From: Candidatus Saccharimonadota bacterium
GTDB lineage: Bacteria; Patescibacteriota; Gracilibacteria; UBA4473
Assembly: GCA_965228485.1 (NCBI GenBank)
Contig: OZ245819.1
Span: forward strand, 1,140,001-1,172,000
Direction of reading: 5' to 3'
Length of the DNA stretch: 32,000 bases
Positions 1 to 8,667 of the stretch are shown here, in pieces; position 1 is the stretch's first letter; the number at the start of each line of letters is the position of its first letter. The notes under the pieces were generated by a model, which did no database searches, was not told the DNA's origin, and saw nothing but the letters and a program-made list of their open reading frames with translations. Position numbers and translations under genes: made by a program.

Positions 1-221
1 ATAATTTCACTAGGTAAAACGACTTCTCCGTTAAGCCCTTTTTTCCCCTCGAAGGAGTTTGGATTGATTTTTATTTGGGCCAGGTTAACGGCAGAAGTTT
101 TTATAAGTTGAACATTTACGGCCGGCTCAAAATTTGCCTTCACTGTTCCTGCGTAAAAAAAGAGAAGTAGAGAGGAGGCTAAGCAAATATTTTTGAGCTG
201 TTTGTAGAGGGAACAATTCAT
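1..221 (-). CDS. hypothetical secreted protein, N-terminal part only (gene runs off the left edge)
   Basis: Not in the supplied ORF track. The reverse complement from 221 reads ATG followed by 73 open codons, MNCSLYKQLKNICLASSLLLFFYAGTVKANFEPAV..., which looks like a signal peptide. It is on the same strand as the pgeF-like gene and 47 nt downstream of it. Confidence 0.4.
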   Translation of the reverse strand, partial: MNCSLYKQLKNICLASSLLLFFYAGTVKANFEPAVNVQLIKTSAVNLAQIKINPNSFEGKKGLNGEVVLPSEI

Positions 222-268
222 TTTTTATAATTGTATCTGTTTATTTGGTTTTTCCGAAATAAAAAGTT

Positions 269-829
269 CTACCAGTTTCCGATAACGGTAATGTTTTTCC
301 CTCGATTAAAGTTTTTATCTCGTCTCCAACTAGCTAATCTTGGGTGCGAAAAAGTACAACGTTCATCAAAGGAAGCTCTTGGGAGTAGGCTTGAAAGGCA
401 TTTTTTGAATTCAAAATAGATAATTTTAGTTTCCTGATCATGAGTGAAAAAAGAGTTTCCAAACTTTTCATATATTGCTTCATAACACTGATTCTTTTGT
501 ATTTTAAAACGAGGATAAATAGGGCCAATCCATATTTCGTGGTTTTCAGATATGAATATTTCGACCATATTTTCAATGATTCCATTTACACATCCTCGCC
601 ACCCAGCATGAATAATTCCAAATTTTTTTTCAGATTTGAATATAATAGGAGCACAGTCTGCGGTTGTGACACCTAGGCAAAAATTAGTATTTCGAGCCCA
701 GAGACCATCACAGTTTTCAATGTTTTCTTTTCCTGTTTTTATTTCAACAATATTGGCGCTATGTGTTTGATCTGGGATGAGGGTGTTTTTAGGAATTTCT
801 TGTCCTGGTGCAAATACTTGGTAGCGCAT
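269..829 (-). CDS. pgeF: YfiH/PgeF family protein (DUF152; peptidoglycan editing factor / purine nucleoside phosphorylase-like)
   Basis: 186-aa ORF with the family signature blocks GVTTADCAPI and IIHAGWRG and a C-terminal ...RCTFSHP...SWRRD block. Only 2 nt separate it from the upstream minus-strand gene. Confidence 0.85.
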   Translation of the reverse strand: MRYQVFAPGQEIPKNTLIPDQTHSANIVEIKTGKENIENCDGLWARNTNFCLGVTTADCAPIIFKSEKKFGIIHAGWRGCVNGIIENMVEIFISENHEIWIGPIYPRFKIQKNQCYEAIYEKFGNSFFTHDQETKIIYFEFKKCLSSLLPRASFDERCTFSHPRLASWRRDKNFNRGKNITVIGNW

Positions 830-831
830 TT

Positions 832-3099
832 TTATTGGAGAGAAGTTTTTGTCGTAATATTAAATACAGGTAGAGGAATTTGATCGTTTAGATTGTTAGT
901 CCTAATGACTAGGGCATGTTGATTTGCGTCGCAAATACTGCTTATTTTGGCACAATGATTGTTGCTATTGTCTGGTATAGGGTGACCTCCTGAGTAAGGT
1001 GTTCCATAGCGTCTTAGATAATTAAGATCATATTTTTGTGCTTCGGTTAGAGTAACATCTTCTTGCCAAGGGTTTTGAGGTGGAGTATCAGCGGCTCCTC
1101 CAATTGTATTTTTTGTGAAGAGCATACCATTGAAAATTAATTGTTTTCCTAGAGGGGCGCTCGGATTATCGAGATTGGACTGATTTCTATTAGTAATAAC
1201 TTCATTAACATTCAATAGTGTCGGATCTGTTTCTAGGGTACTGAGAAGACTTCCATCTGCATATACTGTGGCGTTCATGTGTTGGACTTCTCCATGTATA
1301 AATAGATTTCCAGTTCTTCGATCAGTAGTATTTGAATTGATCAATATAATTCCAAAGTGGTGGTTGGTGTTATTATCTGGGTATAAGATATCTCTATCTA
1401 TTAATAAGTTTCCGTTTTCAATAATCAGTGTTTTAGCGCCTTCATCAAACCTTATAGCATCGGGGAAACTTCCTGTTCCAGTTAAGCGAACGTTCGTGTT
1501 TTTGAAATATACGAGGTCTTCATTGGTGAAGCCTGTGTCTATATTGAATTCTGTACTGGTTCGTGCGGCTTTGCCTCGAATAAGTTTGTACACATTTCTC
1601 ATAATATCTTCCCGCAGGTCTGATCCAGATAGATTTGTCAGTACGGAAAGATTATTACTTTGTTGTTTGATATTAAATGGTCCATAAGCCTTTCCTTCAA
1701 TGTCAGCCCCAATAGCTACCATTGATATTTGGGTGAAAGGGTCTCCGTAGATATTGGTTAAGCTCTGTCCAACAAAGGCTGGGTCAGTACCAATATAAGT
1801 TCCAAGATTTCCTGCAGGATGACTAATGTTATAGAGCGTAGAGTTGTGGTTTATATTTAAATTTATAGTAGAACTAATACTTACTTTTTCTGATGGGTTA
1901 TAACTGTGTTGATTGCTGGTGGTTACAAAATTTTCAGTGTGATTATCACTGGTGACTCCATTTGAGTTTATATCAAATCCTTGTGGAAGGTTATCAATGT
2001 CCTGATTGTAGAGGTCGACATTGCTTGAGGTAAAGCCTCTGATTTTTGTATTGAATTGAGGCGGAAGTAGATGATTAACAATGTTATCGGCAAAGGCATG
2101 GAAGGTGACAGGTTCTCCATCTGGCATTTGGATATTTGTGTCTGGAGTATTGAAGTTACTTCCACTTGGAGCTTGATTGGAAAGTCTTACTCTCACCCAA
2201 GGGATAAATTGAGCATTAATAGATTCATTAATAGTTTCCTTGTTTGTACTAAGTGATCCATCAGTATTTACCTGAGGAACGAGAAATCTTATAGTGGTTG
2301 GATAGCTCGTAATTCTACTAAGGTTAAAGTAGCTCGAAAGATTTGAAGTAATGATTTCCAAGCTCGGAGCTAAAGCGGTGAGGCTTATGTCGAAATTTTT
2401 ATTACTATTGGCATCTGATTGATCTAGGTTTTGTGGGGTGATATTGAGCCCATTGAAAAAATTATCTATAGGAAAAGAGGTGATATCTAGATTTGTGATT
2501 CCTGGGGTTTTTCCCGAAATTTCAATATCAATTTGCTCATTCCCATCTAGTTCATAAATATTATCGAAATGGTCTCGGAAAGTAGCTCGTATCCCACAAC
2601 TATCTACGTTGTTAGCGACAAGATTCTCTTGGCTACAATCAACCGTTCCACTGGGGGCAGACAGTGTAGTGTTATCCAGCGCTTTTTGAAATTGGTGAGA
2701 GGTTATAGAAGAATTACTTTGTGTTGGAGTATTTGGCCTGATTTCAAGCGAAAAACTTTCTTGTCGACTATTCCCTGCGTTGTCTTCTAATTGGATAGTA
2801 ATTTCATAGATTCCTGCTTGCTGAAAGCACTCACTGTGATTACTAGTTATAGTTCTTTGCATGAAATCCCCTTCGGGAGCTTCACTTGCGGGGACAAAAA
2901 ATGATAGTGGTTGAGTAACTGGGAATGTTGTCTGTCCAAAACAATAAAAATTAGCTAAATGGTCTGGGTGAGAAGGACTGAAATTGCTAATGGTTATAGT
3001 CGAATTTGTACTGTTCCAATTAATTCCAGATTCGGCTGTACCGATGCTCTGGGCGGAAGCAATAAAGGGAAAAAGTGCCAGTAATAAGAGTTTTTTCAT
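832..3099 (-). CDS. large secreted protein of unknown function
   Basis: 755-aa uninterrupted ORF. Sec signal peptide MKKLLLLALFPFIASA/QS. Asn/Ser/Thr-rich with no catalytic motif I recognise. Packed 5 nt after the upstream gene and 2 nt before pgeF. Confidence 0.8.
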   Translation of the reverse strand: MKKLLLLALFPFIASAQSIGTAESGINWNSTNSTITISNFSPSHPDHLANFYCFGQTTFPVTQPLSFFVPASEAPEGDFMQRTITSNHSECFQQAGIYEITIQLEDNAGNSRQESFSLEIRPNTPTQSNSSITSHQFQKALDNTTLSAPSGTVDCSQENLVANNVDSCGIRATFRDHFDNIYELDGNEQIDIEISGKTPGITNLDITSFPIDNFFNGLNITPQNLDQSDANSNKNFDISLTALAPSLEIITSNLSSYFNLSRITSYPTTIRFLVPQVNTDGSLSTNKETINESINAQFIPWVRVRLSNQAPSGSNFNTPDTNIQMPDGEPVTFHAFADNIVNHLLPPQFNTKIRGFTSSNVDLYNQDIDNLPQGFDINSNGVTSDNHTENFVTTSNQHSYNPSEKVSISSTINLNINHNSTLYNISHPAGNLGTYIGTDPAFVGQSLTNIYGDPFTQISMVAIGADIEGKAYGPFNIKQQSNNLSVLTNLSGSDLREDIMRNVYKLIRGKAARTSTEFNIDTGFTNEDLVYFKNTNVRLTGTGSFPDAIRFDEGAKTLIIENGNLLIDRDILYPDNNTNHHFGIILINSNTTDRRTGNLFIHGEVQHMNATVYADGSLLSTLETDPTLLNVNEVITNRNQSNLDNPSAPLGKQLIFNGMLFTKNTIGGAADTPPQNPWQEDVTLTEAQKYDLNYLRRYGTPYSGGHPIPDNSNNHCAKISSICDANQHALVIRTNNLNDQIPLPVFNITTKTSLQ

Positions 3100-3104
3100 T
3101 TATT

Positions 3105-5534
3105 TTAAGGTTTATAGCACTGTCTCCAGAACCAGTGGAACTGGTATCCAGCTGGGCAGTTTGGTACACAGTAGTTTCCATTTCGTAGCCCACGAGCCGT
3201 GTAAAATGAAAAACGAACAATACAGGCTTGATGTCGACTTTCACAGATTTGACTTCCAGAATCATAAATAAAATCAGAACTACTGCTTTCGCCACAAGCA
3301 TTTGGGTGAAATAGGTTTTGATAAGTAGTGTTGTCTAAGGTTTCTTCTGTTCCATTTAGTTGAGGAGTTCCAACTCTGACGCTTTCAATATCAGCAAAAC
3401 TAATCTTATGTTCATATGAATCTTCGGCTCTTAAAGTGTTATTAAAAAAACTAGATAATCCTAAGATGTATTCATTAATATTTGGAGGTCGTACATCATA
3501 TTGAACAATCTCTGTTGAAATTTGATTACAGTTATTGATTTTGTCACAGACTTCATAGGTTCTAGCGGCGTTGGATTGATTATTGCAGATATTGCCGTCA
3601 TCACAGAAGTTTCCTTTCACCGTTGCGGAGAATATAGATTGATCGTTTATACATTCAGTATTGTCATTGCAGTTGATATCAACGGTGATAGGTTGATTTG
3701 TGAAGTCATTACCAGAAAGAGTATTATTTTCGTGGTCTTTAAGCTCTAATGCCAGAGTTGGTCCACTTCTGTCGATTGAAAATTCAGGATTGCCATCAAT
3801 GGTGTCGGTTGCATACCAGACTGGTGGTCCATGGTGTCTATGGTGCCCGAGATGTCCATGGTGATGGTGATGGTTGTGGTTTTGTATTTCAAAAAATATT
3901 TGGAGATCCCAGTTTCCTTCTGGGAGAATTCCTGAAATGCCTTCTTCGGAGTTTTGTGAGGCAACTTTGTCTAGATCTAATACAAAGAAATATTCACCAT
4001 ATCCATACCCGATTAAGGCAATAGTCCAATCTGATTGAATATTCCTTCTCACCCTAAATGTTCGTGTTTCTCCAGTGTCGATATGTACAAATCTCGTGGC
4101 TAGATCAATGACATGGCCTCCATAAAAGGGATTTGAGTTATCACTAGAGTCGATGACTACCCCGTTTATGGGGAGGTGTCGGAATGCATTATTTTGTTGG
4201 TCTGTAAAGCTCCAGGTTTCTACTGTTGCGGGAGGAAATATCCAGGTGTTCTCCAGTGATTGAGCTTGTGTTGTATCGGAAAAAGTCACCCCCGTTAAGG
4301 CGGCTATAAGCCATAGCATTATCTGGTTTCGTTTTTTTCTGATTCTAAGAATGTGGAATAAAAAACTTATAGTTGAAATAGTAAAAACAATGGCGATTAT
4401 CGTAATCCAGTTAACTGATTCTTGCCAGTGGGCCTTTTCCCTAAGCGTATTATCTTGCTGACTTTGTTTTGAATAAAATCTTTCAATGTTTACTTTATAG
4501 GTTTCGTTGAAATTATTATCTCCGGTAATAGCTATAGATCCGTGATAGATTCCTGTGGGAAAGGTAATAATTTGCTCTATGCTCCAAGGATTATTTTTTC
4601 TTCCAAATTCTAGAGGAATGCTTGAGTGTAGTTCATCTTCAAAAATGATTTCAGCTTTTATGTTTTTAAGGTTTGACACTCCTTGGATTCTTAGTTTGTA
4701 TTGATACTCTTCTATGTTTTCTGCATCCAGTAAAAGATAGTTTAGGTCAATGAATTTCCCTTCGGAAAATACGGTCCATTCTTTTTTAGTTGATATGGCA
4801 TTATTATTAGTATCAAAAAGTTGAGCCTGAATGATGAGTGATCCTTTTTCTGAGGGAAGATCAAAGATCACTTCGTGTAAAAATAAATTTTTATTGATAT
4901 CGATGGTTTTTTTCTCCGTAGATATCAGATTTTCAGCGTAAATTTTATCTTTGAAAATATCGATTTTTATATTTGCATTCTCAAAATTCTGCTTTCCGAT
5001 GAGATCCAAAAACAGAGTGAGATTATTGTTGTCGATTTCTATTTTAGAATCGGCGCTAATATCAAAAAATATATTAGTTTTTTTGTTAAGTTCTATTGGA
5101 TATTTTCCTCTTGAAGTTAATTTTTTTGTTTGATTATAAATATTCGCTTCGAGCCAAGCTTCTGATTCAAAATGTTGTAGATTTGGTAGTGTGTAATCGA
5201 AGGGAATTTCTAATGTTGACTCTGTGATGTCGATGTTTTCTTCCCAGAGAAAAGTGTTTTCTTTGGTTTTGATTTTTAAGTTTAGAGTTCCTGGGTCAAT
5301 AGCTCCACCAAGTTCATTGAAGATAGTTCCTTGTAGATGTTTCTTTTCTTTCCAATTTTCTTGATTAAAAACAACTCCTAGAGACTGAATAGGGGTTGAT
5401 TTCATGAGGATGACATTTTTCCCAAAAACAGGGTCGTAAAAAGTGTTTTGTGCGTTTGTGTTGGTCGAAATTAGACACAAAATAATCAAGCTGAACCAGT
5501 ATTTTATTTTTATATTCATTTTTTCATAAACCAT
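3105..5534 (-). CDS. large envelope protein: signal peptide, ectodomain, internal two-helix membrane hairpin, then a second ectodomain with a His-rich tract and a Cys-rich C-terminus
   Basis: 809-aa ORF. N-terminal signal peptide (M6 start gives MNIKIKYWFSLIILCLISTNTNA/QN). Hydrophobic WITIIAIVFTISTISFLFHIL, then RIRKKRNQ, then MLWLIAALTGVTFS near aa 376-420. HNHHHHHGHLGHHRHHG at aa 552-568. Multiple Cys in the last ~200 aa. Confidence 0.8.
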   Translation of the reverse strand: MVYEKMNIKIKYWFSLIILCLISTNTNAQNTFYDPVFGKNVILMKSTPIQSLGVVFNQENWKEKKHLQGTIFNELGGAIDPGTLNLKIKTKENTFLWEENIDITESTLEIPFDYTLPNLQHFESEAWLEANIYNQTKKLTSRGKYPIELNKKTNIFFDISADSKIEIDNNNLTLFLDLIGKQNFENANIKIDIFKDKIYAENLISTEKKTIDINKNLFLHEVIFDLPSEKGSLIIQAQLFDTNNNAISTKKEWTVFSEGKFIDLNYLLLDAENIEEYQYKLRIQGVSNLKNIKAEIIFEDELHSSIPLEFGRKNNPWSIEQIITFPTGIYHGSIAITGDNNFNETYKVNIERFYSKQSQQDNTLREKAHWQESVNWITIIAIVFTISTISFLFHILRIRKKRNQIMLWLIAALTGVTFSDTTQAQSLENTWIFPPATVETWSFTDQQNNAFRHLPINGVVIDSSDNSNPFYGGHVIDLATRFVHIDTGETRTFRVRRNIQSDWTIALIGYGYGEYFFVLDLDKVASQNSEEGISGILPEGNWDLQIFFEIQNHNHHHHHGHLGHHRHHGPPVWYATDTIDGNPEFSIDRSGPTLALELKDHENNTLSGNDFTNQPITVDINCNDNTECINDQSIFSATVKGNFCDDGNICNNQSNAARTYEVCDKINNCNQISTEIVQYDVRPPNINEYILGLSSFFNNTLRAEDSYEHKISFADIESVRVGTPQLNGTEETLDNTTYQNLFHPNACGESSSSDFIYDSGSQICESRHQACIVRFSFYTARGLRNGNYCVPNCPAGYQFHWFWRQCYKP

Positions 5535-5586
5535 TATGCTAATTTTTCAGGTCAGAGTATAGTTAATCTGTTTAATATTTTGTGTT

Positions 5587-6246
5587 ATGAAATTTTATCA
5601 TTACTTACACTGTCCATTTTGTCAGAGAGTCCGTTTGGTTTTGTCTTATAAGGGAATTGATTGTGAATCGGTAGTTCTTAGTTATGCCGATAGTAAGACT
5701 CCAGAATCGTTGATTGGCATGAAAATGTTGCCCATTATAAATTTTGAGGATGGGGATATTCAGCCAGAAAGTTTAGATTTAATAGTTGAGCTGGAATCAC
5801 GTTTTCAAAAGAAACCTCTTTTTGAAGGGATGACTGAAGAGGATTTTTCTTGGGCGAGTCGAGTGGCGGTGAGTACACCTCGCTATTTTGATCTGCTTAT
5901 TCCTTATATGTTAGAAGGTTATAAAAATGCACCGGAATTTGATGAAGAAGGGGTAGATTATTTTAAAAATGGAAAAGAGGCCAAAAGAGGTAGAACTTTT
6001 GAAGCTTTGAAATTAGAGCGTTTTGAAATTTATGAACAATCCGTAAAGCCTATGCTAGAAGTGGTTGAATCACGTTTGTTAAACACAGGTTTTGTAGGGA
6101 AGAAGTTTTCTGCAGCCGATTGTGTGCTGGTAGCGGATTTAAGCGGGCTTCGTTTGGTCGAAGGAATCGATCTTCCAAAGTTCATCAAAAATTATATCAT
6201 CAAAGTGGAAGATATTTGTGGTGACGATTTGCTGAGAGAAAGCTAA
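5587..6246 (+). CDS. grxB: glutaredoxin 2 (GrxB-type, GST-fold glutaredoxin)
   Basis: 219 aa. N-terminal MKFYHYLHCPFCQRVR with a CPFC active site, then TPESLIGMKMLPI and PESLDLI blocks. These align by eye along the whole length with E. coli Grx2 (MKLYIYDHCPYC...TPTRMVGQKQVPIL...PESMDIV...KPL). Length matches. Confidence 0.8.
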   Translation: MKFYHYLHCPFCQRVRLVLSYKGIDCESVVLSYADSKTPESLIGMKMLPIINFEDGDIQPESLDLIVELESRFQKKPLFEGMTEEDFSWASRVAVSTPRYFDLLIPYMLEGYKNAPEFDEEGVDYFKNGKEAKRGRTFEALKLERFEIYEQSVKPMLEVVESRLLNTGFVGKKFSAADCVLVADLSGLRLVEGIDLPKFIKNYIIKVEDICGDDLLRES

Positions 6247-6247
6247 T

Positions 6248-8317
6248 TTATCTCTCGTGCTCAAGGGTTCCAAAAACATTGAGTCCTCTTTCTGGATTAT
6301 TGACAAATCGACCGAGGTTGTTGTAGCTTGGAGGTTGGTAATCTAAGGTTGCCCATTCGCCATTGATTTTTTGTAGTGGAACTGGAGGGGTGAAATTTTC
6401 GTGAAGTCCAGGGTGTTTTTTAAGCGTTAGGTTGGCGAGTCTTTTCCAGGTACTTCCGATAGCAAGAATTGATACGCTTCCGGGTTTTAGAGCTTGTCCG
6501 TCAGTGTTTCCGCCCCAAAGTAAGATGGTCATTTTGGGAGTATATCCAACGATGAGATCATCGGCTGGCATGAGAACTCCATCAACTCTTTTAGAAGAAG
6601 TTCCAGTCTTTATTGCCATTGGTTTATTTGGTGCTACAAGCTCGGACCACTCTTCTGGTCGAGCATCGTTGTTGGAAAGAATATCGGCAATAAAGTAGCT
6701 CGACACAGGATCTACTTTTCTTTTGATTCTTATTTTACATGGAGAATTTAGATCTTTTCCATCTAAACTCGTGATAGAAATAATTGGACATATTTCTTGA
6801 TGTTCATTGCTTCCAAGTGTGGCATAAGCATTAGCTAAATCGATTAGCTCAACGGGAGCTGTTCCAAGGGCGAGAGTCCAGCCGAAAGCATGCCCTTTAT
6901 ATTTTTCCCGAATATCAAAGCCAAATTTGGTGTCGAGATAATTTTTGACTGTATTTTCTCCTCCAGCCATGAGGAGGGCTTTAGTGGCTGGTACATTTCT
7001 TGAGTAGGCTAAGGCGGTAGTCATTCTAATGCCTCCAAGAAAATGCCCATCGGAGTTTCGGATAACGGTCCCATTCTGTCGGAATTTTAGAGCCGAATCA
7101 TAAAATATTGTTGGAGGTTGATAGCCTTCTTCGATAGCCGCTTTATAGATAAAAGGCTTGATGGTTGAGCCGGTTTGTCTTCGAGATTGCAACATATCGA
7201 CTTGTCCAGCGATACTTCGATTCCAGAAGTTTTTTGAGCCGATCCAAACCAGCGGTCCTCGAGTTTCATGATCTAAAATTACGGTGGCGAAATTCTCTAT
7301 CCAGTGTCGCGAATCAAGCCAGTCAGCTTCACGGCGAAGTTGTTTGTAGACTTGTTTTTGTAGATCAGCATCTAGAGTCGTTTTTACCACAATTCCCTTA
7401 GAGGCTTGTTTCATGTCGAATCCGTTTTCAATCAGGAAGTTTTGAATATAGAAACGGAAATGCTGGAAGTCATCTTCAACCCATTTTTGTTTTTTTTCTA
7501 GTCCCATTTCTTTTAGTTCTTTCCAGACAGACTGAGTTTTTTTTGCATCCCATTTGTGATTCTCGGCAACGGCAAACAACAGTGATTCTACTCTTGAGAA
7601 ATCATAGTTGAGATCGATGAAAGGTGAGCATTTGTTATCCACAAATTCTACGGGACAATCTCCAAGCCATTCTGAGACGCTGTCTTTTCTGGAAAGTTGA
7701 ACAGGGTTTTTTGGGAGAACGGCAAGAGCGATGCTTTCTGCATCATTCAGTTCGGAAGGGGGTTTGTTGAAATAAACTCGAGAAGCTACAGCGACTCCAT
7801 TGATTCGAGGGCCATAGGGAACGGTATTGAGATAAAGCGTTAAGATTTCGTCTTTGCTGTAACTGGACTCAATTCCTTGGGCAATGAAAAGTTCTCGTAA
7901 TTTTCTTTCGTAACTTTTTTCATCATTGAGAAAGACTTTTCGGGCGATTTGTTGAGTAATGGTAGATCCTCCTTGGACAACATATCCTGCTTGGTGATTT
8001 TTCCAGGCAGCTCTTACGATTCCTTTTACGTCAACTCCAAAGTGGGAATAAAATCGTTTGTCTTCTGCGATAATGGTAGCCGTTCGCAGTGTTTGAGGGA
8101 TTTCTTTAAAAGGGGTCCATTCTCGGTTTTCTTTGTCAAAGCTTCGGTATATTTCTTGATCATTTCGGTCGGTAACGATGAAAGAAAATTCAAGATCTTC
8201 TATAGTAAGATTGCGTCCTAGTATAAAATCGTCTTGCCCCCACTCCCAAAGACTTTCGGTGATGGCTAGTCCAGCCCCTAAAAGCGTAAAAAAGAGTGTA
8301 ATAATGACTTTTCTCAT
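6248..8317 (-). CDS. class A penicillin-binding protein (bifunctional GT51 glycosyltransferase / transpeptidase, PBP1A family)
   Basis: 689 aa. N-terminal membrane anchor. GT51 motifs EDKRFYSHFGVD, GGSTITQQ and RKLRE. Transpeptidase motifs STIKP (SxxK), SRN (SxN) and KTGT (KTG). Confidence 0.92.
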   Translation of the reverse strand: MRKVIITLFFTLLGAGLAITESLWEWGQDDFILGRNLTIEDLEFSFIVTDRNDQEIYRSFDKENREWTPFKEIPQTLRTATIIAEDKRFYSHFGVDVKGIVRAAWKNHQAGYVVQGGSTITQQIARKVFLNDEKSYERKLRELFIAQGIESSYSKDEILTLYLNTVPYGPRINGVAVASRVYFNKPPSELNDAESIALAVLPKNPVQLSRKDSVSEWLGDCPVEFVDNKCSPFIDLNYDFSRVESLLFAVAENHKWDAKKTQSVWKELKEMGLEKKQKWVEDDFQHFRFYIQNFLIENGFDMKQASKGIVVKTTLDADLQKQVYKQLRREADWLDSRHWIENFATVILDHETRGPLVWIGSKNFWNRSIAGQVDMLQSRRQTGSTIKPFIYKAAIEEGYQPPTIFYDSALKFRQNGTVIRNSDGHFLGGIRMTTALAYSRNVPATKALLMAGGENTVKNYLDTKFGFDIREKYKGHAFGWTLALGTAPVELIDLANAYATLGSNEHQEICPIISITSLDGKDLNSPCKIRIKRKVDPVSSYFIADILSNNDARPEEWSELVAPNKPMAIKTGTSSKRVDGVLMPADDLIVGYTPKMTILLWGGNTDGQALKPGSVSILAIGSTWKRLANLTLKKHPGLHENFTPPVPLQKINGEWATLDYQPPSYNNLGRFVNNPERGLNVFGTLEHER

Positions 8318-8561
8318 ATAGATTGTTTTTTAATAAATAAAACTTTTACAAAAAAAGTCAATAAATACTTTTAGATAACTATCCCCTAGATTCAAGTAGC
8401 GTGATCTAAGTAGAGGTGGCGGACGTTCTTTTATCCCGAACCAAACATCAATGTCTGATGAAGACAACAACCCCGATGAAGACAAGTAGAATCCAATGAA
8501 TTTGGATAGTGACTAAATCTTAATAAAAAAGAAAAAATAATCTTAAAATTTCATTTCTCAG

Positions 8562-8597
8562 AAAAAGTCCAAATGATTTGATTTTGGGCTTTTTTTG
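8562..8597 (+). terminator. orphan rho-independent-terminator-like hairpin in the divergent intergenic region
   Basis: AAGTCCAAA (8565-8573) pairs with TTTGGGCTT (8583-8591) with one G.U pair and a 9-nt loop. The stem is extendable by A/T pairs and is followed by a T7 run (8590-8596). It overlaps the TTG (8578) that the ORF track uses as the start. Confidence 0.35.
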
Positions 8598-8648
8598 TTG
8601 TGGGAGTGATAAAAGTTGTGAACAAAAAGTTTGCTTGAGGGTAAAATA

Positions 8649-8657
8649 TGATACAAT
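8649..8657 (+). promoter_or_regulatory. extended -10 promoter element TGaTACAAT for the Big_1/FN3 surface protein gene
   Basis: TGATACAATGGG at 8649-8660. The same TGnTACAATGGG string recurs at 10965-10976 upstream of the next gene. The first downstream ATG (8668) lies 10 nt past the -10, so the leader is very short or absent. Confidence 0.4.
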
Positions 8658-8667
8658 GGGATCTGAA

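Noticed and set aside
231-676. Plus-strand ORFs 231..419 and 440..676 and minus-strand ORF 334..585
   Set aside because: All overlap the well-supported pgeF/YfiH ORF (269..829, minus). They encode low-complexity peptides with no motifs.
8578-8667. TTG start at 8578 giving the N-terminal extension MILGFFCCGSDKSCEQKVCLRVKYDTMGSE
   Set aside because: The extension overlaps a terminator-like hairpin and a promoter -10 element and precedes a perfect signal peptide that begins at the ATG at 8668. A start at 8668 (or 8656) is more plausible.
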